Source of the DNA: Antedon mediterranea
Lineage: Eukaryota > Animalia > Echinodermata
DNA length: 64,000 nucleotides
NCBI RefSeq assembly: GCF_964355755.1
Contig: NC_092670.1
Span: forward strand, 24,042,795-24,106,794
Direction: 5' to 3'
Below, one piece after another: positions 46,178 through 59,406 of the stretch. Under the pieces are notes generated by a model. The model saw nothing but the letters and a program-made list of their open reading frames with translations, did no database searches and was not told the DNA's origin. Positions within the stretch are counted from its first letter, which is position 1, and every line of letters starts with the position of its first letter. Made by a program: the position numbers and the translations under genes.

Positions 46178-49100
46178 GATTAGGCCTGAAGAGAGACTGG
46201 CTTAAGTGTACCCAAGATAAAATTAAATACACTACTAAGCTTGCTTTTCATTGGTCATGGACTTGTACACGTTTCCAAAAAAGGACATGTTGACAAAGAC
46301 ATGATGGTAGTTTTACGCGCCTGCGCTCTAACCAACTAATGGCTATTAATTTTTTAGTGAAATTCAATCCTCCCTATTCTTTTGTACACAAATGTAAATA
46401 CAGAGTTTTTTTTTTTTAATAATGAAAAATAAACGGTGTAGCGAAAATTTATGTGTGTAGATGACTAAACTAGAAATATAAGTTTAAATACTTTTATTTT
46501 CGCGCTATATCAAAAGCATATCCACAAATGTTTAATGTTTTTTCGTCGTGATTCTTAATATATTAAAAACAAATTTACATTAAAAAAAAATCAAATATTA
46601 TGTATCGAAATGTTATGGGTGTACCTGAGCTTTAATGGACGCGTAGATGGCAATATTAATGTAATGTAGACCAAACATAAATTATGTCTCTCTAAATTGA
46701 ACCGCGGTAGTTAACGATGGTTTCTATCAAACTTAAGCAACAAAATTATGCCCTGAAACTGTTAGCAGTTATAGTAAATCGTTTATAATAACATTATCTG
46801 ATTGAGATCGTTATTTATGAATCCTTGAAAGATAGCCCGACACCATGACCTAGATTGTGGGGAATGTATAGTGTTGACAAAAATATAATTCGGGGGAAAA
46901 TAGGGATTTTATTGTTTGGTGCCTAAACGTTGAATTGAGCTTATTTAAAACCACTTCAATGAATGTATTACTTCCACAGTTGGAAAATGAACTTTCGAAC
47001 GAGGAAATAATTGCAATGTTATTATGTCATGATATTGAGTCCATGATTACACCTATACAAACCCTGCTGAGAAACGGGCATTGCTGTTTCAGATGTTTTT
47101 TTTTTATCTTTTGTGGTTATAACCACCATCTTTATTCATCATTCAATCTTTCATAAATGTATTACAATTGTTGTATATACTCTCACTTCATATAATATAT
47201 ATTACATTTCCGTTTTCTCAGTAGTTTTACATTTTTTTTTCTGTTAATACATTTTATTTTCAATAAATCCATCCAACTGTTTTAGATATAGATTCAATTA
47301 AGTCTTACAATATTAAAACGTTGGCTTGAAACTTTCCACTAACGTTAGATATAATACAATTTGTAGCATCCAATCCAAGTGGTTGATGTTAGCCTCTCTA
47401 ATGTTCACGCACCAACAACATAATATCCAATATTTATTATACGGTGAGGTATCCTGACAGGTGCATGGTTGCGATGGATGAGGAGAATAATGTGGTAATA
47501 ATAATGCCTGGTATCCAATATAAAGGATGTACCGCTAATGAAAACCTTAAAGATGTATTGTCCTCCGAAAAAACAATTCGTAACGAATGTTGTTATATAT
47601 GCCATTTTAATGTAACATAATAGTTATCCACAAAATTTGATCGGAAAAAAATGTATTTACCCGAAAAAAACTGTCCAAATTATCTGCCAACCAATGGCTT
47701 TTTGGTTGAATTTATTTGTCATTTATTTTGTCATTTTATAAGTGAAAACTTAATTTTTTTAATTTTTTTTTTAATGATTAACTTTATTAAAACTACGAAA
47801 TAACATATTCAAAGTCTGCGGATTTAATTAATTGTTCATGTTTTTGGGGGACATAATAAATATTTAAGCCAGATAAAGGACAGACATCATCTGTAGAAAT
47901 TTAGTGTGTGGATACAATTCTTGTTATTAATAATGTTGATTAACTTAATTAAGGATAATATTATATACCCGTTGTATGCAATCACGATGTGAAACCCTCG
48001 ATTGCAATTTTCTCCCGCAGTAAAAGTCCTCTATTTTGTTTTGTTTTTTTAAACATACATTAGATCGTATTCCAGTACAAAACGATTAACCTTACTAACA
48101 ACATAAACAGTTTAAGTATTACCTATTGATTTTTAGTTCCTGTTTCCTCAACATTCATTCACACGTAGCGGGCACGTAGGCCTATATAAAAAAATGAGGC
48201 TGGAGGACGACGATCAATTCTGAAACAATAATGTATTGTTTTCGTAGAAATTAAATTACTGGCCTGGCTTGGGTCTACTGCAGCCTGAGCCATTTTTTTG
48301 GGTTATTTAGTAGTCCATATTTCTCAACCTTTAATAAATACATAATTCATTAATTATATGAAATAAGCCACAGCTTAGTAATAGCATGAATTAATCCTAA
48401 TATAGTCTGGGAACCCAGAATGTTTTGAATACAAAAGGTTTCAGGTGAGGGGTATGTAGATGGTCTATAATGGCAATTCGGGTCCGTTCAATTTTAAGGG
48501 ACTACCCAATTACCCCTAAAATTGGTTTAATAGCATAGTGAGTACACGGACCGAACCAACTTTAAATAAAGTTCTCTGACCTATCCGAAATCAATATCCA
48601 TAATTCTTAAGTGACCATTCCTGTGCTAAATTTACTTAAGAACGCCCTTAATTAATGCTAAACAATTAATTAGCATTTTTGTTTTTGTACGATCAACGAA
48701 ATTAACATCACCTACCTATGAACATACTGATTAAGGAGTTCTCATTCTTAATCTTAATTAATATTTTAACTAGGCCTACATCGACCAAACCAGTTTTAAA
48801 ATGTTTTCCACCTGGGGGCGTGTTTTATCCAAAGTTGTCATTTCTGGCATTATTATGCTTTTTGGCATTATTTGGAGGCCAACGGCATCTGGCACAATGC
48901 CGCGGCATTATTTAGCCGTTTTTAGCATAATCTATCATACATTTTGTGTTTTTTGAACTACCAAAAAATAATATACCATAGAACAAAACTAATATTTTGT
49001 TTAATTATGCAATTTCGTACATAGGCCTATCACCACCTTACATAATATCATATCGTATAAAACAGGCTGTCAGGTTTTTTTCAGTACAATAGTTCCTACA

Positions 49101-49811
49101 TTTGTACCCCAATCCTTAAAAGGGCAATTTCCGGTAACTTTTAGCAGCTCTAATTTTTAAAATGTTTTTCCTTGAAATTTCTTTTTCCAAATTTCAAATT
49201 AAGTTCCATTTCCGGGCATCGTAGCAGCCCTATTTTCCCAAATGTTCTTACTTTAGCCCCAGAGACCATGGTGGGCCGAGGTGCTAGAGACTCTTGACGG
49301 GTTCATACATAATTCTTATATTAGTTTATTTTTCAGACTGAAAAGTGATTCCAACAGGAGGGGAACCAAGATGGCGGCCATAAATGTGTTCAATAACATT
49401 ATTTAATATAACAAATAATAATCTAATATACATTAAGACCACATCAATTACAACACATATTCTTGTCAAAGCACAGTGAAGTGTTTATAAAATTATTTAT
49501 ATAATTTATTGTTAATCGCAGTAGAATCAATAATTTCTTGGTAATCTAGCATTTTATTTCATATACGTTCGCTGTAAACTGAGATCCCGACGCGCACGCG
49601 CACCCTCATATCGGCGCCATCGTTTGGAGACGGCGTGCACCCGAACGATCATGGAACGAAAATCACTTGCAATACAAGAAGATGTGCTGGAGATTTCTGC
49701 TGGAAATGTAACATTTGCAGCTACAACTCCACTTGTACAGCATACGGTGGCTAAGCCCACCAAAAAGGCCAGGAAGGCGGGGTCTAGCTGTACTATTACT
49801 AGGCCTCCTAA

Positions 49812-50219
49812 AGCCTGGCGCACACTGGAGCTTTCGGCTGAGCCATCTGGCACGAGTAACAATTGGCTCACTAAAAAATTTGCCGCAAACTATGTTCGCG
49901 TTCTATCGGACGCACACTAAACGCCTTCAGTACGCGATTTTCTGATTGGATAATTACTTACTACGCTATACAGCACGCGCTGAAATATCATAATAAATCA
50001 GAACATGTCATGCGCAGTGGAATTTTTTAGTGAGCAGGAAGCTCACGTTCGGCGCACACTTGAGGAAAATGGCACGCGTGCCAAAAAATATTAAACACGA
50101 TAGATATTTTCCTCAGCGGCACGCGTGGCCGATTCCTCACGAAATCCCCGGCGCACACTGTGAGGCAAGTGTTACTCGTGCCAGTTGGCTCAGCCGAAAG
50201 CTCCAGTGTGCGCCAGGCT
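49812..50219 (-). mobile_element. 408-bp PIF/Harbinger-type MITE, TAA target duplication
   Basis: TIR of about 50 bp AGCCTGGCGCACACTGGAGCTTTCGGCTGAGCCA; TAA at 49809-49811 and 50220-50222. Confidence 0.9.
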
Positions 50220-50297
50220 TAAAGAAGGTAATACGCATAGCAACAGCGATGCCGTTGCTATCGCCGGGCCATCATGCACTAACGTACTGCAGCCTAA

Positions 50298-51522
50298 AGC
50301 CCGGCGCACACTAGAGCTTCCGGCTGAGCCAACTGCCACGAGTAACACTTGCCTCACAGTGTGCGCCGGGGATTTCGTGAGGAATCGGCCACGCGTGCCG
50401 CTGAGGAAAATATCTATCGTGTTTAATATTTTTTGGCACGCGTGCCATTTTCCTCAAGTGTGCGCCGAACGTGAGCTTCCTGCTCACTAAAAAATTCCAC
50501 TGCGCATGACATTTTCTGATTTATTATGATATTTCAGCGCGTGCCGTATAGCGTAGTAAGTAATTATCCAATCAGAAAATCGCGTACAGAAAGCGTTTAG
50601 TGTGCGTCCGATAGAACGCGATCACAGTTTGCGGCAAATTTTTTAGTGAGCCAAGTGTTACTCGTGCCAGTTGGCTCAGCCGAAAGCTCTAGTGTGCGCC
50701 GGGCTTTAAAGCCCTGCGCACACTAGAGCTTCCGGCTGAGCCAACTGCCACGAGTAACACTTGCCTCACAGTGTGCGCCGGAGATTTCGTGAGGAATTGG
50801 CCACGCGTGCCGCTGAGGAAAATATCTATCGTGTTTAATATTTTTTGGCACGCGTGCCATTTTCCCCAAGTGTGCGCCGAACGTGAGCTTCCTGCTCACT
50901 AAAAAATTCCACTGCGCATGACATTTTCTGATTTATTATGATATTTCAGCGCGTGCCGTATAGCGTAGTAAGTAATTATCCAATCAGAAAATCGCGTACT
51001 GGAGGCGTTTAGTGTGCGTCCGATAGAACGCGATCACAGTTTGCGGCAAATTTTTTAGTGAGCCAAGTGTTACTCGTGCCAGTTGGCTCAGCCGAAAGCT
51101 CTAGTGTGCGCCGGGCTAACCCGGCGCACACTAGAGCTTTCGGCTGAGCCAACTGGCACGAGTAACACTTGCCTCACAGTGTGCGCCGGGGATTTCGTGA
51201 GGAATCGGCCACGCGTGCCGCTGAGGAAAATATCTATCGTGTTTAATATTTTTTGGCACGCGTGCCATTTTCCTCAAGTGTGCGCCGAACGTGAGCTTCC
51301 TGCTCACTAAAAAATTCCACTGCGCATGACATTTTCTGATTTATTATGATATTTCAGTGCGTGCCGTATAGCATAGTAAGTAATTATCCAATCAGAAAAT
51401 CGCGTACTGGAGGCGTTTAGTGTGCGTCCGATAGAACGCGATCACAGTTTGCGGCAAATTTTTTAGTGAGCCAAGTGTTACTCGTGCCAGTTGGCTCAGC
51501 CGAAAGCTCTAGTGTGCGCAGG
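50298..51522 (+). mobile_element. Three head-to-tail copies of the same 408-bp MITE
   Basis: Copies at 50298-50705, 50710-51117 and about 51120-51522; near identical; opposite orientation to 49812-50219. Confidence 0.9.
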
Positions 51523-52554
51523 TCGGAGTAGGCCTGAACTATGAGGCTAGGGTTAAAAACCTTGAGCGGTTGGTTGAGCAGCAGGTTAAAGAGACGAAGG
51601 CTGCTCAACAAATAAATGAGTCAACGCACGACCTTTTATCTCAGTTGATGACACAAATGTCATCACAATGTCACAACAATCAATGAATATGATGACAGTA
51701 GCTCGGTGGTAACCTCACGAGTAATATTTACGATAGGCATCATCAGTACGAACGTGATGTGTCTGACCTGGAGGAGGGGGAAGTAACAGGTACACAACTA
51801 TCCAAGAAGGATGAAAATCCTGAGGGGCCAGCCACTAATAGTAATAGTAAGGTCAAAGGCCCCCTTCCTCCGGGTTTTGCAGCAAGATTTGCTGTTTCTA
51901 ACGAATTGGCACCAGCAGTCAGCCAAGAGTTGGCTGACACGCTAACATACTTATTGCACTCGCATTGAGTGAGAGTGTAATGACCGAGCTGATCAAAAGC
52001 TATCCTATACCGGAAAATCTAGAGGCCCTAATGGTGCCAAAGGTCAATCCAACTATTTGGGATTCCATTACACCAAGGGCACGGTCTAACGATCTAAAAT
52101 TTCAAAAGGTACAAAAACCTTTGATAAAGGGAATTACCGCCCTTGCTAAATTAGTTGATGGAAATGAGTCATCGGAGATAGCACAGGACACAATCGGCCT
52201 ACTTGCCAATGCGAACTTCGAGTTACTTGCACTTCGTAAGGAGATGTTGAAACCGGAAATAAATGCCAAATATACTCATTTATGTAAACCCAGCATTAAG
52301 CCTACAGAGTATTTATTTGGTGACCTGAGTACTACAGTTAAGAAACTGGATGAGGAAAGGAAGGCTACGGCAGGCTTATTTAATTTTAAGTCGTACCAAC
52401 CAAAGACCAGGTCCAACAACTACAGATACCAGCCATACAATAGAAATGGCAAACCTTTTTTAGGTCAAACCCGGCGACACAAATGGTCAACAAACAACTA
52501 CAACCAGACCAAATTTTATCAGGGGAAAAAGGACCTAAAACAACAACCGAAGAG

Positions 52555-55500
52555 GTATGAGTCGATTGATAATATAAGTATTTCTCCTAACAATAAGGTT
52601 AACAAACATAATAACCTTGACATAGTAGGAGGTCGACTCAGGTCATATATACATAGGTGGAAAAAATATACTTCGGATCCATACATCCTAAATGCGGTTT
52701 CAGGATATAAAATAGAGTTTGATAAAGCCATACCCTACCACCTAAAAGGAAAAATACCTCATCCATACAAACTCAGCAACATGGATATGGAGGCTATTGA
52801 TGATCAAATAGTTAAATTGATATCAAAAGGGGTGGTCAACCCAGCCATGTATGAACATGACCAGTTTGTATCAAATATTTTTACAAGGCCAAAGAAAGAT
52901 GGAGGGTTCAGAATGATATTAGACCTCTCTAAATTAAATGAATATGTGACATACAAACATTTCAAAATGGAAATGTTTGGAAATGCATTGACACTAATTT
53001 CACCAGGTGTATATATGACGTCAGTCGACCTCAAAGATGCATATTTTACTGTACCCATAGCAGAGTCGGACACTAAATATTTAAAATTTGTTTGGAAAGA
53101 CAACCTGTATAAGTTTGTCGCATTGCCTAATGGGCTTAGCTCTCAGGGCCTAGACTTTTCACGAAATTATTGAAGCCCCCAATTGCGTTTTTGCGCAGCA
53201 GAGGGCATATTCTGTTGGTTTACATTGATGACATTTTGTGTATAAACCAGTCGGAAGACTTGGCCGGCGGTACCGCCAGGGAAACTAGTGAACTTCTAGC
53301 CTCATTGGGTTTTATCATTAATAGAGAAAAATCAGTAATGAATCCTACGCAGATCATAATCTTCTTGGGATTTGAAATAAATTCTATAAGTATGACGGTT
53401 TCCCTTCCATATCACGAGAAGGAGAAAATTAGAGTTCAAAGTAAACACATACTTACATTAAGTCATACTACCATTAGGAAAGTTGGGTGTCACGAAAGCT
53501 CAGACCACGAAAGCTCAGACCCCCTAAGACCTAAGATCACGAAAGCTAAGACCCAACACCTAAGATTACAAATACTAAGATATACTACAGATTAAAAACA
53601 ATACTTGTTTATCCATACATAATTTTAAACACAGTAGGTTTCATTTATTACCATAAATATAATTTAATACTACCGCAAAACATAGATAAACTCACATTAT
53701 TTTCGCCTGTTGAGTAAATGTATATTTTTTCTTTACAACAAACAAACTTGACGGGTTGTTTGTTGGTATATATTTACTCCATTGTGTTGGTTCAGAGGAT
53801 ATTTTTCTTACGCACCTGCCTTTCTTGTATTTTGACTCCAAATTTGTTGACTAACTTTATCCTGAACACCAAACTTTAAAATTAGGACTTATAAGTACTT
53901 TCAGAAGGAGAAACACATAATAACAAATAAATACATCCTTTAAATTGATGATTTTACATATGTGTTTCTTTGTATACTGTAATGTAACTCCTCGAGCTCC
54001 CACCATGCTCAATGTTTTTGTTTCCATGGAGCGCCAAAAGAGCAACAATAATAGTACAAGCATAAAAACAGAAAGAAAACGAAACAAAAAAACTTATCAT
54101 GATTTTTAAATTAAAATTTATTTGCCAGTATTTATTTCTTCGTACTTGCATGATTATACTATTATCATTACAATTTTAATTTTACATTGTTCCATCCACT
54201 CCACACTGTAGATGGACTCCACAGAGTTTTCAGCCCTATATATAATTTTTGCTCTTTTGACGTTCCATAGAAACAAAAACATTGAACATGGGGTAGGCCT
54301 ACTGTAGTACTGTAGGCTAGTCATTTTGTGTGCGAGAAAAACATCTGTAAAATCATCAATTTAAAAATGTATTTGTTACTTTTTATGTGATTCTTTTTCA
54401 TGAAAGTGCCAATTCTAAGGTGTGGTATTCAGAATAAATGTTGGGAGTTAAAATACAAGGCAGGTGCGAAAGATAAATATTTGTAATCTTAGGTGTTGGG
54501 TCTTAGCTTTCGTGATCTTAGGTCTTAGGGGGTCTGAGCTTTCGTGGTCTGAGCTTTCGTGACACCCTAGGAAAGTTGCGCAATTTTTAGGCAAAATTAT
54601 AGCAACACTACCTGCTGTAGAGTATGGAAAGCTTCATTATAGGGCACTAGAGAAGGAGAAAATACTAGCTCTAAAAATAAATAAAGGCCATTACGATAGG
54701 CCTATTAGTATTTCCGTCAATGGACGGGACGATATTCTTTGGTGGCAAAATAATGTCAAAGACGCATATAAATTGATATATCATGGGTACCCCGACCTAA
54801 CAATTGAGACAGACGCTAGTGGTCTAGGCTGGGGTGCCACTGATGGACATACCCACACTGGGGGAAGGTGGATAAACAAAGACCTAGATATTGCATATGC
54901 TACAGGGGCACTAAATATTAATTACTTAGAATTGCTGGCTGCTTTTTTCGGCCTTAAAGCATTGTCCCGTGAGAGAAAAGCTAAGCACATAAGGTTGAAG
55001 GTTGATAATACCACGGCAGTAGCTTACTTAAACAACATGGGCGGCGCAAAATCAATTGCGTGCAATAAAATTTCAAAAGCCATCTGGTCTTGGTGCATTG
55101 AGAACAATTTTTGGATAAGTGCAGAATACATCCCAGGTAGAGATAATATAATAGCTGATGCAAAGTCTCGTCAGTTTAAAGATGAGACAGAATGGATGCT
55201 TAACAAAGAATTGTTTATAAAAATCACTAAAACATTCGGCGAACTGGATATAGACCTATTCGCTTCTAGGCACAATGCACAGCTTCCGAAATATATATCA
55301 TGGAAACCGGACCCAGATTCAATTGGTATCGATGCATTTCTACAAAATTGGTCCTCTGCCAAGCTCTATGCTTTTCCGCCGTTCTGCCTTATAGGTAGAT
55401 GTTTGCAAAAAATATTGACAGATAATGCCATAGTTATCATGGTGGTCCCAAACTGGCCAACACAGTATTGGTATCCTAAATTACTATCAATGATGGTTGG

Positions 55501-55633
55501 GGAACCACTGAGGTTTAAGAATACCAAACATGCCTTAACATTACATGGTTCAGATGATTGTCATCCCCTTTATAACAGACTTAACCTTTTTGTCTGCAGG
55601 CTATCAGGGCGGAACTCTACAACAAAGGAATAA
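52555..55633 (+). pseudogene. DIRS pol: reverse transcriptase, RNase H, DNA adenine methyltransferase-like domain
   Basis: GGRL..W, PKKDGGFRMILDL, DLKDAYF, LPNGLS (2-nt frameshift near 53142), YIDD. RNase H TDAS..LELLA..DNTTAV. Methyltransferase-like IDLFAS..YAFPPF. Split by the MITE at 53485-54567. Confidence 0.92.
53485..54567. mobile_element. Mutator-like non-autonomous foldback element with 10-bp target duplication
   Basis: TIR of about 90 bp GGGTGTCACGAAAGCTCAGACC... with internal subrepeats; TAGGAAAGTT at 53475-53484 and 54568-54577. Removal restores TIRKV-AQFLGKII. A related short TIR fragment lies at about 34201. Confidence 0.88.
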
Positions 55634-58600
55634 GCAATACTGCAGCAGACGTCATTCTGCAATCCTGGAGACGGTCAACGTGGAAGCAATATAACTCACA
55701 GCTAACAACATTTATAGACTTTTGTGAAATCAGAGGAATCACATGGCAACAGCTAAACACCGGTCACGTCCTCGATTTCTTGATAAAGCTGAAGGACGAG
55801 GGCTTAGGCTATAGTACTATCAGTACGGCGAAAAGCGCAATTGTAAACTTTCTCGAAATCTTAGATATAAACATGAAGGAGTCTATTGAACTGAAACGAT
55901 TTATGAAAGGGTTATTCAATTTTAACCCACCGACTCCAAAATATGCACAAATTTGGGATGTTCGCTTAGTTACAGACTATCTGAGGCGAACAATTAACGA
56001 CGATACATTATCGCTTAAAGAATTTACCATAAAAGTAGCATTGTTATTAGCATTATTGTCCTCAAGTAGGCTTCAAACCTTATATAATTTCAAATTTTCA
56101 AATATGAATATCGAGAATGAAGCAATCACCTTTTACATTTGTACATTACTAAAAACTAGCAGACCAAACAATACAGGTCAACTGGTGGTTTTCCACAAAA
56201 GTGAAGACCCTGCGCGCCCTATGTCCGGTCAGAACAATTCTAAAGTACAGGGAAAAAACTAGTAATTTAAGGGAAAATAAGGACAGATTTTTTATATGTC
56301 ATAAGAAACCGTATGCCGAGGCATCAAAAGACACAATTGCTCGATGGATAAGGACAGGTTTATCAGAAGCAGGAGTAGATACAACAAAATTTAAAGCCCA
56401 TTCGGTCCGAGCGGCTGCATCTTCATCAGCAAAATTAAGGAATGTCCCGGTTGACTTAATAATGAAAACAGCTGGGTGGAGAAACGAACATACACTAAAC
56501 AGATATCTATATATAAATTTACGTAAGGGCAAAATTCGGTAAATCGCGCCTTACTTCTAGAATTTTCACTCGATGGTATGTAAAGTTGGTTCGTACTTTC
56601 GGTACTGATTTTAACCGCCTGATGTAACCCTGTTTACTAATTAAATTGAGTTAGATAATTAGTTATTGACGATTAAAACGAATTTAAGTTCAACGATTTG
56701 CCCCAAATAGGGGTGTTTTCCGATCGTGGTATACACTGTCTAATGGATGTCCATCTTGAAAAATACCCGCCAAAAAAATGCGAGGAGGCTTCGCATTTTT
56801 CTATCTCCTCCTACGATAATTGTTTTTAATAGCTGAAAACCGGTTGAACAGCTAGAGTACACCATCATAATGTTGAAGACAGGCCGATTTTCTTTAAAAA
56901 ATACTATTTTGATAGATTTAATATACGATTATACAAATGTATTGATTTGCGATGAATGGAACATCCCAATCTCTCAGTCTGCCAGAGTTTGGTTTAACAC
57001 AAGTACTGTAGGTAAATTTATGAGCCCTTGGTTTAACACATACGGTAGGTAAATATATGGGCCCTTTGAGAATAAACTTGCAATACTTTGACAATACTGT
57101 AAATACCTATTAACTATTTTTCATTTGAATCGAACATTTCTTACTGTGAATGTTCGTACTGTTAGATGTAATATAAAAATATATACAAATAAACTTTATT
57201 ACTGAGACTGTGGATAGGCTCTACTGTTAGATATACAAATAAACTTTATACAGTTCCTTCTCAACGTTTGTATTAATTAATAATTACCAAAAATATAAAC
57301 GTCGTAGTGGTGTATCGTGACATGTACTTTAATATTTCAATCGATTATGACAGTGACAGTTTTAACAAAGTATTAAATCGCAAATGTTTTAGGCCTACTG
57401 TATTTAGAGGTATATTATTTATAGGCCTATAAAACATGAACAAAATATTTCGTTACTCAGTGGATAAAGAATATATTTAAAAATTGTTCCTCTTTGTACC
57501 TATCCGCTTTCCCATCCCTCAACCCTAATGTTACATAGCGAGGAGGCTTCGCATTTTCCTATCTCCTCCTACGATAATTGTTTTTAATAGCTGAAAACCG
57601 GTTGAACAGCTAGAGTACACCATCATAATGTTGAAGACAGGCCGATTTTCTTTAAAAAATACTATTTTGATAGATTGCTAGAGTACACCATCATAATGTT
57701 GAAGACAGGAAAATGTTAAAAACCAATTTCTATTATTTGAATCGGTAAACAGTTTCCATTTATTATACATTGATAATGAAACATGAAATATTCCTATTTG
57801 TGTCCCTCGAGGTTCATTACAATTTATATTTAGTAGTCCCACGGACTTCATCTTAGCCACTCCCCCGAGTGCTAAGGCCAAATTTATGATACCCTACTTT
57901 CTATGTAAGTTTAGTTACAGTTAGTTCTTGACGATAATACAACGAATTTAGGTTACACCCTTCGGCCGCGAAAACGTTTCTGTACAAATATGATACCGAT
58001 TGGCTTTATTTCATTCAACAGCGACCATAATCTCGCCAATTACAGGATAGATAAACTATTTTATTATTGATGTGCTTATAAATTAAGACTCATGTAAACA
58101 GCTTGATTACATCATTTTACAGACAAACGAAACTTTTTTAAACCTACTGTTTCAATAACTGAGTATAATACTGTATACGTTTTCATAAGTAAGTGCATAT
58201 ACATTTTCGTGTTTTCATTGACGAGATTGTAATAGTAACTTCAGTAACTATTACAGTAATTATTTATTATACGACACTAATGGATGTCAATTTGAAAAAT
58301 ACCCGCACACAATAATACGAGGACACTTCGCATTTTCCTATCTCCTCCTACGATAATTGTTTTTAATAGCTGAAAACCGGTTGACCAGTTCGAGTACAGC
58401 ATCATGATGTTGAAGACAGGCCGATTTTCTTTAAAAAATGCTATTTTGATACATGTAATATACGTTTTTACAAATGTATTGATTTGTGATGAATGGAACA
58501 TTCCAAATTATTTGGTTTAACCATAGAGGTATAGATTTAGATTTATGGGCCCCCTTGGAGAATAAACATAAATAGTATTGCAATGCTGTACAATACTGTT

Positions 58601-59406
58601 AAGGTATTAACCACTTTTGATCGCAATTTGAATCGCAAATTTCTTACTGTGAGTGTTGGTACTGTTAGATATAATATAAACAAATATACAAATAAACTTT
58701 ATTACTGTGAGTGTGGGTAGGCCCTACTGTTAGATTATAAACATATAATATACAAATAAATAAACGTTATTACTACTGTTGCTTCTCAACGTTTGTATTA
58801 ATTAATAATTTAAAAATATATAAACGTACGTAGTGGTGTATCGTTACATGTACTTTACTATTTCAATCGACTATGACAGTGAAAGTTTTAACAAAGTATT
58901 AAATCGTAAATGTTTTACTGTATTTAGTGGTATATTATTTATAGGCCTATAAAACATTAAAAACAATATTTCGTTACTGAGTGGATAAGAATATATTTTA
59001 AAATGTTTCCTCTTTGTACCTATCTTCTTCCCCCATACCTCAACCCTTAATGTTACATACAAAACAATATAAAATATAGGATTTTTGTCTCTTTCGTTAT
59101 TGCTCATCACATTCAATCTCTCGGAAGTAATTCCCAGGGTGCTAATTTTAGCTGACTACATAAATCATCGTGTATATTTATTCGTTTGTGTAAACGACAA
59201 TGTAGTCCTGCAGTACGTACATTTGAAATCTCAATTTTTTTCTCGCTGGGAAATACTGTGTATTCGAGAACCATCTGTGGGCACGACCTAGATGGTACGC
59301 GAGCGAAGCGAGCGTGCCATCTAGTTATAATAAACCTATAAAATTTGTAGAAAACCCGTCATTTCAACAGGCACTGTTGAGAAAAGTTGATTCATCAACT
59401 CTTTAA
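55600..59406 (+). pseudogene. DIRS tyrosine recombinase, frameshift near 56213 and split by a Helitron
   Basis: AIRAEL..SWRRSTWKQY..SSSR..LLKTSRP..LCPV..AHSVRAA..AGWRNEHTLNRY|YNKPIKF..STL*. The last 26 residues follow the Helitron (59325-59406). Confidence 0.88.
56506..59324 (+). mobile_element. Non-autonomous Helitron (2.8 kb) with an internal duplication of about 800 bp
   Basis: 5' TC(TATATATAAA), 3' CTAG, inserted between A and T with no target duplication. 3' hairpin CTAGATGGTACGC/GCGTGCCATCTAG. Internal repeats at 56739-57536, 57538-57710 (partial) and 58277-59059. Confidence 0.9.

Larger units (their letters stand above)
49650..52554 (+). pseudogene. DIRS gag-like ORF, interrupted by MITEs and frameshifts
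   Basis: MERKSLAIQ..RPP|KEGN..LQP| reads through after MITE removal. Core YPIPENL..PKVNPTIW..DLKFQKVQ..ANFELLALRKEMLKP..EYLFG. Frameshifts near 51670 and 51965. Confidence 0.75.

Noticed and set aside
49554-51611. Several 64-105 aa ORFs on both strands
   Set aside because: Chimeras of gag fragments and GC-rich MITE sequence.
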